NCBI RefSeq assembly: GCF_009914755.1
Contig: NC_060933.1
Strand: one strand, 5' to 3'
Length of the DNA: 64,000 bases
From: the human T2T-CHM13v2.0 reference genome, Homo sapiens
A program made the position numbers and the translations under genes. The notes under the pieces are model-generated. The model was given only the letters and a program-made list of their open reading frames with translations, was not told the DNA's origin and did not search any database. Shown here in pieces: positions 31,102-49,056 of this stretch (positions are counted from its first letter, which is position 1; each line of letters begins with the position of its first letter).

Positions 31102-31872
31102 CTGAGAGACAAATGGAAATTTCCTGAAATGACCCCTCCACGTGTCCACAGCATAAGGATGAGTGACTGGGGCAGGCTTCAACCTGGAAAACCAACTCTC
31201 CTGGGTGCTTAAATATTTAATAATAATTGCTATTCGATATTTTAATAGAAGGAAGGCATTTAAAAGGTATATTGGAGCATGTTTTCAGCTTTTCCATAAA
31301 CCACTGCCGTACTGAGTCAGACAGTGGTGCCCCCAGCTCAATAGTCTGTCTCAGACAGTGGTGCCAAAGTAGCTAATCTGGTCATGGGGAATCTGACTGT
31401 TAGAAGGGATCTTATCTATGTTCCAGTCAGTATGGGAATCTCCTTCAGCAAACTGACAAAGTTATCCAAGCTGTTGAATACCTTGAGTGACGGGGAGCTC
31501 ACTACTCACACCCTCCCAGTAACTCATTTTATTTCAAGATGCTTTCAGTGTCATAGACCAATCACATTTCAGAGGTGGGGAAAACCACCTATCAAAGGCA
31601 AGAGAGAGGACGACTCCCTGTCGTCCCTCAGCAGGGAGTGTGGGACAGGAACCTGGGCCTCTTGCCACTGGCCAGCACCTTCTCATTCTATCACACTCTT
31701 GGTGGTTGTGTCCCTGCCTAAGTATCTTTTCCACCAGACCAGCCTCTATGCTCCAGTGTCCCATTCCAACATCATCTTACCCCTGACAGCAACCCAGGAG
31801 GTAGGATGAAGGGCAGAGGGTACAGGCTCAGACCATTCCAAAAATTCTACTGCACATGCAGACTTTTCTCAC

Positions 31873-32071
31873 CATTGTCTTTGGTCACAGGGGCCGCATC
31901 AGGGAGTGCAGAGCGGCTTGTCTTGTCCTGGGGGGCAGCCCTCATTGTGGAGTCCAGAGCTGGCTCAGGCTCGTCAGAGAAAGGCAAAGGCTGGTTGCTG
32001 GACAGCCCACGGGGCAGCGTCTGCATCAGTTTGAGCTTTCGGAACCGATTGGACATTCGGTTCCACCAGGA
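31873..32071 (-). CDS. ANKS6: ANKS6 coding exon 7 (199 nt, c.1369-1567), [15 protein letters not shown]...VTKDN(G)
   Basis: Acceptor ttcctttggcag|T, donor ATG|GTGAGA; phase 0-1. Confidence 0.93.
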
Positions 32072-33222
32072 CTGCCAAAGGAACGCAGAGCAGAAGTCAT
32101 GCTCCAGGAAGGGCAAGGAGACCAGGCCCAGGACCTGCCAGCCCAGAGACAGTGACTACATTCACATGTGCCTGCCCTCCCCTCTCCTGGGGCCCAGACA
32201 GACATTACTGATCAATGATAGCACCCATTCCCAATAAGCCATGGTTACTCACTAAATCTTTCCTGACCCAGCCCTTAGGCAGTCACTTCCAATAGCCTGG
32301 AGGTGGCAGTGAACCCTATTTGCCACCCCTCATCTAATCAATCTCCTCATTGCACAGATTGAGAAATGGAGACCCAGACAGGATTGCTGACTTGCTTGAG
32401 GTCTTACAGTGAGACAGGGACAGATGGACACAGAGGCAGCTCCAGATTCCTAAGCGTCTACAATAGCATAATCTCCCTCCTCCTGCTCTGGTGATAACGT
32501 GAGAGGCATCAGGATCTCTATACCAGGGCCTGGGCCAGCTGCTCCTATAGCTGAGCCTCACCTAGAGAGGACAGGCACTACCTCCTGGGAACGCTTGTAA
32601 CCCATGACCACTCAGAGGTTAATGAACAGCCACGAAGGGCATCTGTGAGGGCCTGCCTGTGGAAATGGCAGTAAGAGCAGGAATGAAGGGAGCTATGAGA
32701 ACAACACAGTCAGGAAGGATGCAGAGCTTGAGCCAGCAATGGACACAAAAGGAGCGCCGAGTCTGCAGCCCTCAGAAGGCGCTACCACCCCATGCAGACT
32801 GGGGAGGTCAGCAGACAAGACCAGTGTGTTGTTTTGTTTTCTCAGGCATAAAGTAAGTTTGATTTCAAACAAGTAGAGCAGGATGTGGAAGATGAGAAAT
32901 CCAAAGAGAAAGTCTCAGCTTGCAGTTACAAGCAGCCACCAGAGCTTGTTTCTGGTGTTTCCAGGAAGCTGGCAGGGCCTGTGGACTGCAGGGAGACCCC
33001 AGAGTGGCATGATCAGCAAATATCCTGCACAGTAAAGCAGAGGCTGCAAACGGATTCCTTGGGAAGAGAAGTGTTTGCTTTGGCCAGCTCAGTACTACAT
33101 CATGCAGAATTTTCTAAAATTCCCTGTACTTATAAATTAAGATTCCATATCAAAATCTGGATTTCTATTTTTTCCTTTAAAAAAAAAAGAGAGAGAGATC
33201 TAGTAATATGGACCCACATTCC

Positions 33223-33608
<386 letters not shown>

Positions 33609-33817
33609 GCGTGGACCCACATTCTTACAAAGCAGCCACTGTTGCCACAACATGGTCACAGTCTCCCCAGTTTTTCCTGGTCCCCTTTGTTTCCTATTGC
33701 TCAATGCCAGCTCACCTGCCACCCCTGCAGGGACTCCCTAGCATAAACCAGCCTGGGTGCATAGGAGGCAGCAGGCTCCCCGCCAGCCCCCATCTCCCTA
33801 GCCCCCAAGCCCCTTTA

Positions 33818-34111
<294 letters not shown>

Positions 34112-34550
34112 TCAAGGCACCTGCCTCTCCATCTGATCTTCAAAAGGTGGCAAACAAAGCCAGCAGGGCTTAACCTACTTAACCAGAAAGAAAAACCGGA
34201 AGTCCTCTCTCATGAGGAAGGCAGGGGGACAGTGTGTTTAAAAGTGCAGGCTTCACAGCCAGGCTGCAGAGGTTCAGATTCTGCTTCTGTCCCTCCCTGG
34301 CTGTGTAACTGCAGGTAAATTACAAAGCCTCTTTGTGCGTCTGTACAAGTCAGTGACATTAATACCCACCACATAAAGGTATCTTATCAATTCACGGGAA
34401 TTCCTTTAGAGCAATACAAGTGCTTTAAAAATACTAAGTATTATGAAGTTATTAGGAACCCAACTCAGTTATATAAAAAAAGCATTGCAAAAAAGATTGA
34501 GAAGAAACTACTCCAAACTATTAACAATGCTTTTTCTTGATGACTATTTC

Positions 34551-34846
34551 TTTTTTTTTTTTTTTTGGAGACAGAGTCTTGCTCTGTCACCCAGGCTGGA
34601 GTGCAGTGGCACAATCTTGGCTCACCGCAACCTCCACCTCCTAGGTTCAAGCGGTTCTTTGCCTCAGCCTCCCATGTAGCTGGGGCTACAGTGCCCGCCA
34701 TCATGCCTGGCTAATTTTTGTATTTTTAGTAGAGATGGGGTTTCGTCATGTTGGCCAGGCTGGTCTCGAACCCCTGGCCTCAAGTGATCGACCCACCTCA
34801 GCCTCCCAAAGTGCTGGGATTATGGGCGTGAGCCATCCACGCCAGG
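34551..34846 (-). mobile_element. AluS
   Basis: Full Alu; TSD-like tatttcttt. Confidence 0.9.
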
Positions 34847-36109
34847 TTATTTCTTTTTTCTCTCCAAGTATTCAATAATAGGCATGAGTTTCTTCAAAAG
34901 TTTTGTGTAAACACTTCATTTAAAAACCCAGTAGGCAAAATATTCCTAGGAATAGACTGTTTTATTGGGAAAGGGAATAAACGGCAGTGGAGGCTAGGGA
35001 GAAGAGGAACACTGAAAAGATGAGTTTCTCAGAAAAAGTGTGTATGAGATCCAGCGAGAGTGGCTGCGGACTGATTCCGAATAACAAACTCTTGGCAAGT
35101 GAAGAAGGTCTCCAATGAGGTGGAGTAGGATCACTGGACTTGGGGCACAGGACTCCAACCCTCTGGCTGGGACAGATCACTTCCCGAGTCTTGGCGACCT
35201 CATCTCTTCAAGAGGATGTGAACCTCTGCTTCCCCTCTCAGACCTCTTTGAGGGTCAAACAGAACCAAGTGTGCATCTGTGAAGTGCAGGGGCCTGCAGC
35301 AGGGAAGGGGTGGCAAGGGTGGCAGTGCTGTGACGAGGAAGGGCATGCCTGCTGGCTACCCCTCTAGCTAAGAGGGGCAGCAGGTGACTTGTGACTGCAG
35401 AGGTGAAAGTCTTCTCTCCCCACAGCCAACAGCTAGAATCCCAGCACAGGGTTCAAGCCCAGTGGGTCAGAAGGGCCTCGGGGCTTCTCTCTCTCTGGGT
35501 TGAAACTCCAGGTTGATAAGAAAGACGACAGATCAGAGACCTTTCCCCTTGAGCTGGCTAACTGGAAGCCCAGGTCCCAAAAGAGGGTCTGTCACAGCAG
35601 GGGAGGGTCAAAGGGGAGTAGCAGGTACCAGCCGAGGCCAAAATGGGGTGGAACTAACGGCTACATTCCCAGTACACGACCCTTGACCCTGCAGCCTCTA
35701 CCTACACAATTAAGCTGAGAAGGCCATCGCTCTATCTCCCATTCTGCTTATCAAAGGGGACTTTATGTTTCCACCTGAGTGACTCAGGATTTCTGGCTGT
35801 GAAGCACAGATGCCATTCTAGGGTGTGTGTGGACTGCAAAGTCAGACACGTCTTATTTTCCTTCCCTCTCTAGAGACTCCTAGGAGGTTGGTGCTGGAGG
35901 AAGTCCCCGGGGCCACCTGGTCCAAGTCCAGCGCTTCACTGGGGAGGGAAGGAACTTGCCTAAGATCATGCAGTAAGCTCCTGACACTTGAGAGTGACTT
36001 TCCCCCACGAATAAGCAAGTGCTTAAAACACAAGTCACAGAGGAGGTGCCTGTCTTGACTCCCAGTCCAAGAAACGCTGGGTAGATTTACAACCCTTTTC
36101 TTGAAATTA

Positions 36110-36298
<189 letters not shown>

Positions 36299-36448
36299 CT
36301 ACAAAGCTCAGTCTCTGAGCATTTAAGAAGGACATGGAAGGGCAAACAGTCTCACATTCTCTCATTCCCTAGCACGTGGGCAGGTCAAGCGGGAACATGA
36401 TTTAAATCAAAGTCTAAGTGTTCCTTCCAGGAACAAAATGAAGACTGA

Positions 36449-36802
<354 letters not shown>

Positions 36803-37547
36803 ACAAAACCAACAGCTCTGCCCAAAAATCACTGACCCCATGGAGACTCCACTTCTTCCACCCTAAATCAGGACATCTCCATTGGGAAAGTCTCCTACAG
36901 ACCAAGGTGTCTGAAATAAAATTTCGTCTTGGAATTCAAGACTCATCGAATAAGAAAACAAACTGTTTTCAGATGACACAGGAAAGTGATCTGATCACCT
37001 AAAAGAGGGCAAGGAAAGAACCTCTAACTGGGAGTCAGATCACTTAGCAGCTACAAGATGCCCACCCCAAAGACGAGGCCTCCAGGAGGATGACAGCCCA
37101 TCCTGCTGGGATGATCACATAAGAAGGGGTTCATAAGCACCCTGTAAACACTGAAGCCTATTCAAAAGGAGAGGGGTAGGACACATCTCACCATCAATCA
37201 TCACAAGACGACAATGGTATGAATAACCAATGTTTACTTCATACAGGAGCTACTTAAGGAGGTCACTATATCTCAATGTGAAAACTCCAATGAATCAGTC
37301 ACTGTGTTCAACTGAAACCAACCTAGAGAACCTTATCTCTCTGCATAAAATGCTCCTGCTGCATGGTTTTTCAGGGCCATTGTGAAATTCTGTGATGGGG
37401 GAACAGGAAATCTGGACACAGAAGGGTGGGACTAAAATGAGCCTGTGCCGCTTTTTTTTTTTTTTCCATGCCTCAATGTCGTCATAGTCCTGGGGTTTGT
37501 ATGCAGCATCTCAGGACCAGAAGAGCCCATTGGGAACCTCCATCTCA

Positions 37548-37871
<324 letters not shown>

Positions 37872-38478
37872 TCATGTAACAAACACTTGCTGGCCCTGCT
37901 CTGCCTCTGCAGTGGGCTGCTGGGCATCATAGGGGATACTAACAGGGCGTCAGAGATAGCCCCGACTCTTAAATGCCTCAGTCTAGGCGAGACAGAGACA
38001 AACACACGAATGGGCAGAAGTGTTACCAAAAGACAGAAGTGTTGTTAGTGTCTTCAGAGAACGGATGAAGGAGACAGAAGAAGACAGAAGGAGAGTTCAG
38101 GTCTCGCTGCGGGGTGAGGATCGGGAAGGGCTTCCTGGAAGCAGGGTCTATATCAAGAGAGAAAATTTTAGGCTAAATGCCTCTTTGTCACAAAGAGACT
38201 GGAGTGGGTATGCAGAGAGGCATTTCAGATGCAGGAAGAGCTAGGGCATAGCTAGACAGTGTTTGGCTGGAGTGGGGCTGGAGGCCGTCTGGAGTCTATG
38301 TGTAGAGCTCTACAATAAATACTGGCCTCCAGGATCTGAACTTCCAAACACCAAACACCAAAATGCCTGTTTCTTTCTCAAATACCCTGGGTGGCCCTGC
38401 AAAGGACTACAAATATTAGGTTGGGAGAATGTAGCCCTATATTCTTAAATATCCAAAAAGATTTTCTAAAGCGCTTAC

Positions 38479-38523
38479 CCATTTTCAATGCATGGAAAAT
38501 ATCAGGTCGCCTTTTCTCCTCAT
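38479..38523 (-). CDS. ANKS6: ANKS6 coding exon 3 (45 nt, c.863-907), DEEKRRPDIFHALKM(G)
   Basis: Acceptor tttgtttacccag|AT, donor TGG|GTAAGC; phase 1-1 links exons 2 and 4; too short for the ORF track. Confidence 0.93.
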
Positions 38524-39497
38524 CTGGGTAAACAAAGATTTTTAAAGTTAACCACGGAAAGGTTTAATATAACAGAAAAGTCACAAGGGTGTAACAACAC
38601 AGCCTGGCTTTAAAAAGCATCTAATTCTCAAAAGCAATCTAATTGGAGACCTACGTAATGGACAAATCCAGCAGCTCTTCTGGAAGGTTTATTACCCAAG
38701 AACATCTGAAAACACTTCAGAGACAGATCTTGCCAACAAAACACGAATGAGCAGCAGATCACGGCCCTGATCTCATGCAAATAAAGCAATCATTTTTAGG
38801 CAAAACAAACGTTGGCATATCCTTTCTTAGATATACTGAAAAGTCTTGGGGTCTTAGAAAATCCTGGATTCCCATGGACATTGTTTAAAAATTTTTTTTC
38901 TTCTAAAAACTAAATGTACAATCATAATTCCAAATCAGAGGACCCCTGAGATATCGAGCAGCTGAGCTCTAAGGAAGTTCACAGCCACAGCCAACAGAAG
39001 AGCCAATGCTCATATTTTCTTTCCCTCCCATGTAAGAAGCAATCAGAACATGCTCCCTCCTCCAAACCTGCAGACACAGCTGGCCAAAAGCCGCTGCCCA
39101 ACTGGGCATCTTCATGCTGTACCCTGAAGCCCAGCTGCTAGGCTGGGGCCGGACCCCATGCCTACCTGCACAGCTGAGCCTTGCTGCAGCCGCCAGATGT
39201 TAGCCCCTCCCTCACATGCTCATCCCACACCTTCCTCCAAGCTTGGGCCAGCAGGTACCCCATTCCTGTCAGAGCAGGCATCCTCATGGCCAGTCTGCTT
39301 GCTGGGGGGCTGAAGGCAGGCCTTCTGCAGCCTTTAATTGATCCCAGGGGATGGAGCAGCTGCCAGAGGGCACTTGTGACTCTGGGCTGACTCTGGTCGA
39401 AATGAGCCCTCTTGAGTAACTGGGAGGAAGCTGCAGCCCAGGACAAGGAGCACAGAGTGTGGAGTCAGTGCACGTGAATTTCAGCGCACATTTTTAG

Positions 39498-40236
<739 letters not shown>

Positions 40237-40869
40237 AGAATCCCAGAATTCTTCATGGAAAGTACGGACACTGCCATGGGACACAGTATATCAATTTTGC
40301 CTGTGAAATACTATCAAGAAACTATTCTGCACCTGACTTTTAAAAAAAATATGTCATGTTCTTTCAAGTATTCAAGAACCAACTTTGCTGTGGGGTGGGG
40401 TCTTCTCATGCCAAGACCTTTTCACAGAAAAGAGTGTCACCTGGTCTTAGTGTTGGCTGCTAAGCAACCATCTGACACAAGTTAATCACTGACAGCAGAG
40501 CCTGGCCCCAAGAGGCAGGGGCAGCTGTGTCCTGACACCCAGTGACTCTGGGCAGGTCCCTTCCTCGCTTTGGGCTTCAGTTTTTTTCGTCTATATCCAA
40601 GCAGTCCCAGGGACCCTGCCCCAACCCAAGGAAAAGAAATCAGCTCCAACTCCACACCACAACCTCAGTGGGGAGTCAGAGGTGTCGCAATGACAGTTAC
40701 AGCATCAAAAGTACCCTGTCCTGCTGCTAATGAAAGGCAGAGACCAGGGGACCTCCAAGGCCTTGGTGGGGGCTGGATTTCCGGGAACTGCACAGTAAGA
40801 GCTGGGGCTCCTATTATTTATTTCATAATCTGTCATTATCAATAGCACAGCCTGCACCCTACCTGGGGC

Positions 40870-41240
40870 TCTTCCCAGGGATCCCCCAGGGCCAACACAC
40901 TCCCTCAGGTCCTGCATGTCTGCTGCAGTCCCACCTTCTCAAGGTTGCCCAACCACTCCATTTGACACAGCAGCCTGAATTGTCCCAGCTTTGCCACACC
41001 CAACCTCTTTACACTGCCCTTTTTTTTTTTTTTTTAACCCTGTGGCACTTACCACCTATCCTACTATATATTTAATATGCTTATTTCCTACTGACTGCCT
41101 GTCTCCCCTTATCAAGGCCAAGGTCCTCAAGGTCAGGGATTTGGATCTCATTTGTTCACTGATGTATCCAAAGTGCCTAGAAAGGTGCCTGATACATAGC
41201 AGGCCTCAGTACGTCTTTGTAAAGTATCGGAATGAATGTA
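40870..41240 (+). mobile_element. L2 3'-end remnant
   Basis: tgttcactgatgtatccaaagtgcctagaaaggtgcctgatacatagcaggcctcag...gaatgaatg. Confidence 0.65.
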
Positions 41241-43203
41241 TCATCAATCAAAACATAATAGTTTCCATTTATTGGATGTCGTCTATGTGCCAGGGCACTG
41301 CGATGAAAATTTTACAGGCCTGATCTTACTATTCCTCACAAAAATCTCCCAAGAAAAGAGCCTTTATTATGACTATCTTATGAAAAAAGACACTGTAGTC
41401 CTGCAGGGCCAATTAAGATGACCAAGACCACCCAGGTACAGAGTGGGAGAACTGAGCCTCAGACTAGTTCTGCTCAATGGGAACATGACCAGATCCTGCT
41501 GGAAGACCCGAGGTTCGCTCCTGTCAAATAACGCCGACAACACTATGGAGTAATCCACTTCCCATGTGCTCCCTCTGGGCCAGGCAGGATCTCACATGAA
41601 CCCCACAGCAGCCCTGAGGCGGGTATCACTCCAGCACCCATTTGTGGAGAAGGAAATGGGAGCTTGGTGAACTGAGGCAGCTGGTTCAAGGTCCCTTGGC
41701 CAGCAGGGGCACAGCCAGCATCGAACCAAGTGGACAGTGACCTTGGCCACATCCACCAATGTGTCTGAGCCACTGCATCTTGGGGAAATGAGGGCATCGC
41801 CATCCCATGATGCCAGGACAACCCCTAAAATGAGGCCTGTCAGAAGCTAAGCCCGAGGGCACTCCGTGAAGATTCAAGATGCAGAGGCTAAGGAAACCTG
41901 GGATGGAGAACGCATGCACAACAGAAGAGGCACAGCTCGGCAGGCACGGGCAGGTGCAAGTTCTGGAGTGTTCACTTCTGAGCCTGAATTCCCTCCCCTG
42001 CAAAATGGGGGAATACCCTCCTCAGAGGGTCCCTGCGAGGGTGAGGGGAGATTCAGCATGGCAGGTGTGCTGGGCACGGCAGGGCCTGGGAAGGGCAGAT
42101 CCTTTCCCCATCCCTGCCACAAACAACCCAAACCTTTAAAGGAGAGCAATGGCCTTGTGTCAAAAACAAAAACAAAACAAAACCCTGTCCTAGGAGACTG
42201 GGGCCCTAATTTCTAATAGCAAGCCTTTATGAGTCCCTAACACTCTACTGGGCTGAGTATCTCACACGCCAGAGGATAACCTGCCTTCTGCTCACCACCA
42301 CCCCGTAGTAGTTGTCATTGTGTCCATTTCACAGATGAGGCAAAGGCTCAGAAGAGTCATGTGTTAAACCAGCTTCTAGAGCCCATGCAGGAGCTGCAGG
42401 TGGGAGAATCACCTCTAGGTGCTCTTCCCATGGAATCCTCACCTCCTGAGTGTCACTCACTCAGCTTCCAATGGGTGTGTGACCTTTGACCAGCTTTCTT
42501 CCCTCTCTGGGCCTCAGTTTCCCACCTGGACAAAGTAAGAGGTCTCTTGGCTTCAGGTAGTTCTTCCTAAACTTCTTTTTCCTTTTCATTTGAGCATCCT
42601 CTTCATTTTTGCCACCTCTCTGTCATTACAGGCTTTTAAAACATGTTTATTTCAGACTTGTTCTGATTGGATGGTGTATTTCTTTTTTTTTTTTTTTGGA
42701 GAGTGTATTTCTAATAAGCATTTACCAAATTTTCAGCATCTCTTGATTGATGGGGCTATTCTATATTCTTTCAATGGTAACAAACTTAACACTTTCAGGT
42801 CTTTTTAGCCAATGTGCCTGAAGCTACTTTCTTCAGTGCTTGACCTCTCAGAGCTAGATGTTTATATACACTGCAGCCCACCTACTGTTACTCCCTGGCT
42901 GTGAGTCCTGCCGTCGAAGTCAGGCCTTTTACATAGACAGAGGGTACCAAGGCTGTGTGTTGCGATCTTATTGCAAACCGTGCATTAAAGGTTTTGAAAC
43001 GTGGTATGTCCTATGGCAGATTTGCTAAGGATTGTTTAGACAACTCTTTACATGCCAGAGAGATGGCAAGAAGTTAAAAAAAAAAAAAAAAAAAAAAGAT
43101 GCACTGCTAGATGTTTTTTAAAAAACTAATTTTCATCAATTTTACATGAACTAGTGTTTGAGAAATGATCAGGGCAGAGGAGGTCAGGCACACTATTGTA
43201 GAA

Positions 43204-43452
43204 CAAGGGCTGGCAAACTATAGCCCATGGCTCAAATATATCCCACTGCTTGTTTTTGTAGTTATAATTTATTGGAACCTAGCCATACCTGACTCATTTA
43301 CATATTATATGCATAGCCACACCCATTCATTTACTCATTACATATGTAAGGCTGCTTTCACTCTAGCAGAAGTGACTACTGTAGTTTTAACAGAGACTGT
43401 ATGGTCCATACAGTCTATTTGGCCTTTTACAGAAAAAGTTTGCCAAACCTTG
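43204..43452. mobile_element. MER58-like hAT-Charlie element
   Basis: Terminal inverted repeats caagggctggcaaact and agtttgccaaaccttg. Confidence 0.75.
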
Positions 43453-43609
43453 TTGTAGAAGGGCCCCAGAACCACCTGCATCAGAATGATGTGCTTGGGG
43501 AGAGCAGCCTTGTTATAGAGGCTTCCAGGCTCTTGCCCAGGGCTACCAAATCACTCTGCAGAGAGTGGGCCCAGAACCTGCATGTCACAGGCAATCCCCC
43601 CGATACTTA

Positions 43610-44335
<726 letters not shown>

Positions 44336-44419
44336 TTATTAGTCCTGACAGCTGCTCATGATAAGAGGTCTTATTCTGGCGCCAGGCACTGTGCCAGCCA
44401 CATGGATGCAGATGCATCA

Positions 44420-44645
44420 TCATGAAGGTGAGCAGCTGCCCTGCCTGGGTTCAAATCCAGCTCTCCCCACCACCAGCTGCATGACCTTTAGGAAGAACTT
44501 TGATTTCTTTGTGCCTTCATTTCCTGATCTGCAAAATGGGGATATAACTGTACCTACTTCAAGGGTTGTTGGGGATTAAATGAGTTACATGTAAAGCACC
44601 TGGCTCTGTGCCTGGCCACAGGAAACATCACATCAATGTTAGCGA
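44420..44645 (+). mobile_element. MIR
   Basis: ctgggttcaaatccagctctcccc...tctgcaaaatggggatataactgtacctacttca. Confidence 0.75.
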
Positions 44646-47062
44646 TTGTTAGGTATTATAATTGTTCATGTTACGTTATTCAACGTGCCAAGGGTTACCC
44701 GGCTGGTAAGGGGTGGCATCAGGGTCAGGACAGGTCTGTGTGAATGCCGCTGCCCTTGCTTTTTCTCTTACACCATGCTGCCTCCTACATTTCAGACAGT
44801 CGATTTTATTCTGCTTTATAGCCTGGGAATCTGTCTCTCTGCCTGTGCTCTAATTTCCCCACAGGCAGAGCCCATGTCTGATTCATTTCTACCCTCCCCA
44901 TCCCCAAAAGCACACACCCCATGCCAAGAGGTGTGGCAAGGTTGTGGTCAGCAGATAGGCTGGGCATTGCGGCCTGGAGGCCTGCTGCCACCTGCTGGCA
45001 GGAATGTTTGTTGCAGGCGGCTGAGGACCCAGCCTAGGCCAGATCTTCCTCAATGAAGTCACTGCTGGGCCCCTGAAGAGAAAGATCTGCACCCACCAAC
45101 TTCCTAGTACCAGGAGAAGGAAAACAGGTACCTCTTCCCAGCAAAATCTCTTCCTTCTTTTAACACCAGAGGGCAGAAAAGTTCTGTTTTGTGGTGTCTC
45201 TGGTGGGCTCGGAGCTGTGTATCTCCAAGCTGGAAGCGGCCCTGGACTAACAAGAAAACAATGACAAGACAGGGGCTGTCTACTCCAGGTTTTCGAGACC
45301 ACAAAGCCACTGTCATGTCTGCATCTGTGAGGCAGCTTTCTGGGTTTCTCGATGCTCAGCCCTCCTTCCCGGGAGCCAGTTTTGCACCTCATCTAAACCC
45401 AAGACCTCCCTCCTCCTGGCGGCTGGCGGCCAGGCCAGGGCTGAACTCTGTCTGAGGCTCCGGCTGAATACCTTCTGGGATGTGAACCTGAACAGCATGG
45501 GGCTACTCAGCCACGAAGCAAGAGCCTGGTGACACAGCTCCATCAGCTGCAGGGGGCTGGGCCTCTTGACCTCCACTCCCAGAGCGGAAAAGGACAAGGC
45601 AAATTGAAACCAACTCAATGCAGAAAGCTGCACCCCAATGTCTCCCCGCCTCCAGTCTCGTTCCCTCCTGCCCATCCTCCATGCGACTCCCAAATGATAT
45701 TCTCCAAACCCAAATCTGTCACTCCCCAGCTTCTGATTGCCGAAGACCTGACTGCTTTGCCAACCTCACTTCCTCCTGCTCCCAAACCACACCTTCCCGC
45801 CTTCCCCACACCTTCACCATCCTGACCCCACCAGAGGACTCTCCTGTCCTCATCTACTCAGCACACCCCCACCGTGTCCTGCTTCAGGAGTCATATCTCA
45901 CCCACTCTGAGCAGCTTCCAGACCACCCCTCAACCAGGCTAGGTCAGTGCCCCTCTTCTGAGCACCTAATTCCACGGGCTCGCCTCTGGCTGCACGTGAG
46001 CCCTCTTTCCCTAATTGTCTCTCCTATTCAGTGGCAGGCTCTCCAAGGACAGGACAGGGTTCCACGCATATTGTTTCCCCAGCCCCTACCATAGTGGCTG
46101 ATCCACATCGGAGCTCAGTAAATTTGGTCAAACAAGCCAAGTAAATGAATGCATAAATGGCATAACCACATAGGGGAAGGTCCAGAGGTGAGCAGTGGAA
46201 ATCCCTGAAGAACTGGTGTATCCTCCACTGTAGTAGATTTCTAAAAGATTACACTATTTAGTTATCAAGCATGAGATAAAATCTAGCATAATCCCTAACA
46301 GCAGATTACAAGGTGCGTCACATTTTTATCTCATTTGATCTTAATAAACCCCGAGATAAACTCACAGATTAGGAAACTGAAGATTACAGTGGAAAGCAAT
46401 TAATCTAAAGCCTCTCAATTTGAACGTGATAGAGTCAAAAGTTGCACCTGGACTCAAAATCGAAGCTCCAGTATAACCAATTTTTAAGGAGGAAGAAAAG
46501 GGGTGAATTAGAGCAGAAATAGTGAAATTTGGAATGTTTTCTGAATTAGTGAGTAGCCCAAGAGAGCACTCAACTATGCTGAAAATATAAAAGGATCCAA
46601 GCAAGGCTGAGATAATGTTGTGGATGCTAAGTTTCTAATAGGTAACTGCCGGAGATGGGCATGCTAGGGGCTTTCTGAACAGGTGCTGTGATTACTGATG
46701 AATTTCAGCAATTAACACCTGTGTTTAAAGAGCTGGCACACATTTTCCCCTCTCAAAGCACTGGGCTGAGAGTCCAGCTCTGCCCCACTGGCAGGCAGGA
46801 AATGAAGGGTAGGGAAGGAAGGTAAACACTATGCAACCCTGTCCCTTGGAGAGAAGTCTCTGGCAAATTTGGCAAGCCGCTTCCAGGCACCAACACCAAG
46901 AGGGAAACTATCAGTTACAGGATTCATGGCTGGGAGCACAGGCTCTGGAGCCACCTCCCTAGGTGTGAATCTGACTCGCCACTTGGTAGCTATGTTACTT
47001 GAGCAAGTTATTTAACTTCTCTGTTCCTCAATTCCTCATTTATGAAATGAGGATGACAATAG

Positions 47063-47481
<419 letters not shown>

Positions 47482-47517
47482 AAAGGTTACCTATTATTTT
47501 AAGAACATGAAAAAACA

Positions 47518-47830
<313 letters not shown>

Positions 47831-49013
47831 CTAAGGTCACCATTTCTAATACTAAAACACCCACAAAAGACCAAAGGCACAGGGTGTCTAATAGTCTGGC
47901 CTGATCCACACAGAGAGCTGGGACGATAAATAGATGCTTGCTCAGACCCAGCGTGGTGGCTGCCAGGGGTGTGGTTTTGAGCAGGATTCTGGGGGCGTAT
48001 CCAGATCCAAGGAAGAAGAGCACAAGGCTGGAAGGTGTCAGCACACAGGCCATTCATTTGCCTACCCCGATGTGAGGGACAGACACACTGTACATCCTTC
48101 TGGAAGTCTTCCATATATACTACTCCTCAACTTGACCTTTTCTTATGAATTACGCAGCAGAAAGCTGGAGCACAACTCAACACAGGCAGAGATGCTACCT
48201 GAATATAGAGTCGGTGTCACACCAACTGAGGAACAGCACATTTTAAAATACCCAGGCTCAAGACTATCCTGCAGAACTTGGTTAAAACTGATGATCTGGG
48301 GTCTCTGAGACACTCTGAGGCATGTCAGTGCTGTAGTCACAAACCTCACTCAGTAAATTCCTCAGGGGGCTCACCAGGGCCCCTCTGCACGCACTTGGTG
48401 GATTGCAGAGATGAGACACACATAACACATCAGTGGCTCCCAAACCTACCATACAAGAGAATCACTGGGGAGCCTCTTCTCACACAGAGTCCCTGTCTCT
48501 TACTCCCCTCACTGCCCTGGGCCTTCTAAATCACAATCTCCAGAAAAGGAACTCAGGAATCTGCACTTAGACAAGCATCCTGGTGATTCTGATGTGTGGC
48601 CAGGTTTGGGTACTGAGGAAGCCAGTCAGCATTAACATGGTGTGATGGATGCTACCACAGAGGCCTTTCTGCTGCGGAGGGACCAGAGAACAGGGAGATA
48701 TCATGGCAGGCTTCACAGAAGCCAGATCTCTAGATGCCATCCTTGCTGTCTCTCTTAACCCCTCCCCAAGGGCCAGTCGTCAACTCCTGCTGATCTACTC
48801 CCTGAATATATCACAAATTCATCTGGGTGCCCTCCCTCCGCTGTCTCCATTCTGGTCTAGGCCACCATCACCTCTCACTCAGACTGCAGCAAACTCCACC
48901 TAACCAGCCTTTTTGACTCTAGCTTACCCTAGAGTATCTAATCTATTCTCACACTTCAAGGAAAGTAATTTTTCCAAAACGTAACTCTCATCCTGTCACT
49001 CATTCTGCCTAGA

Positions 49014-49056
49014 ACCTTCCATGACTCCCTAGCACCTTCCATGACTCCCTAGCACC
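49014..49056. repeat. Perfect 20-bp tandem duplication (accttccatgactccctagc, two copies) in an L2-like remnant
   Basis: Read directly from the sequence. Confidence 0.9.
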
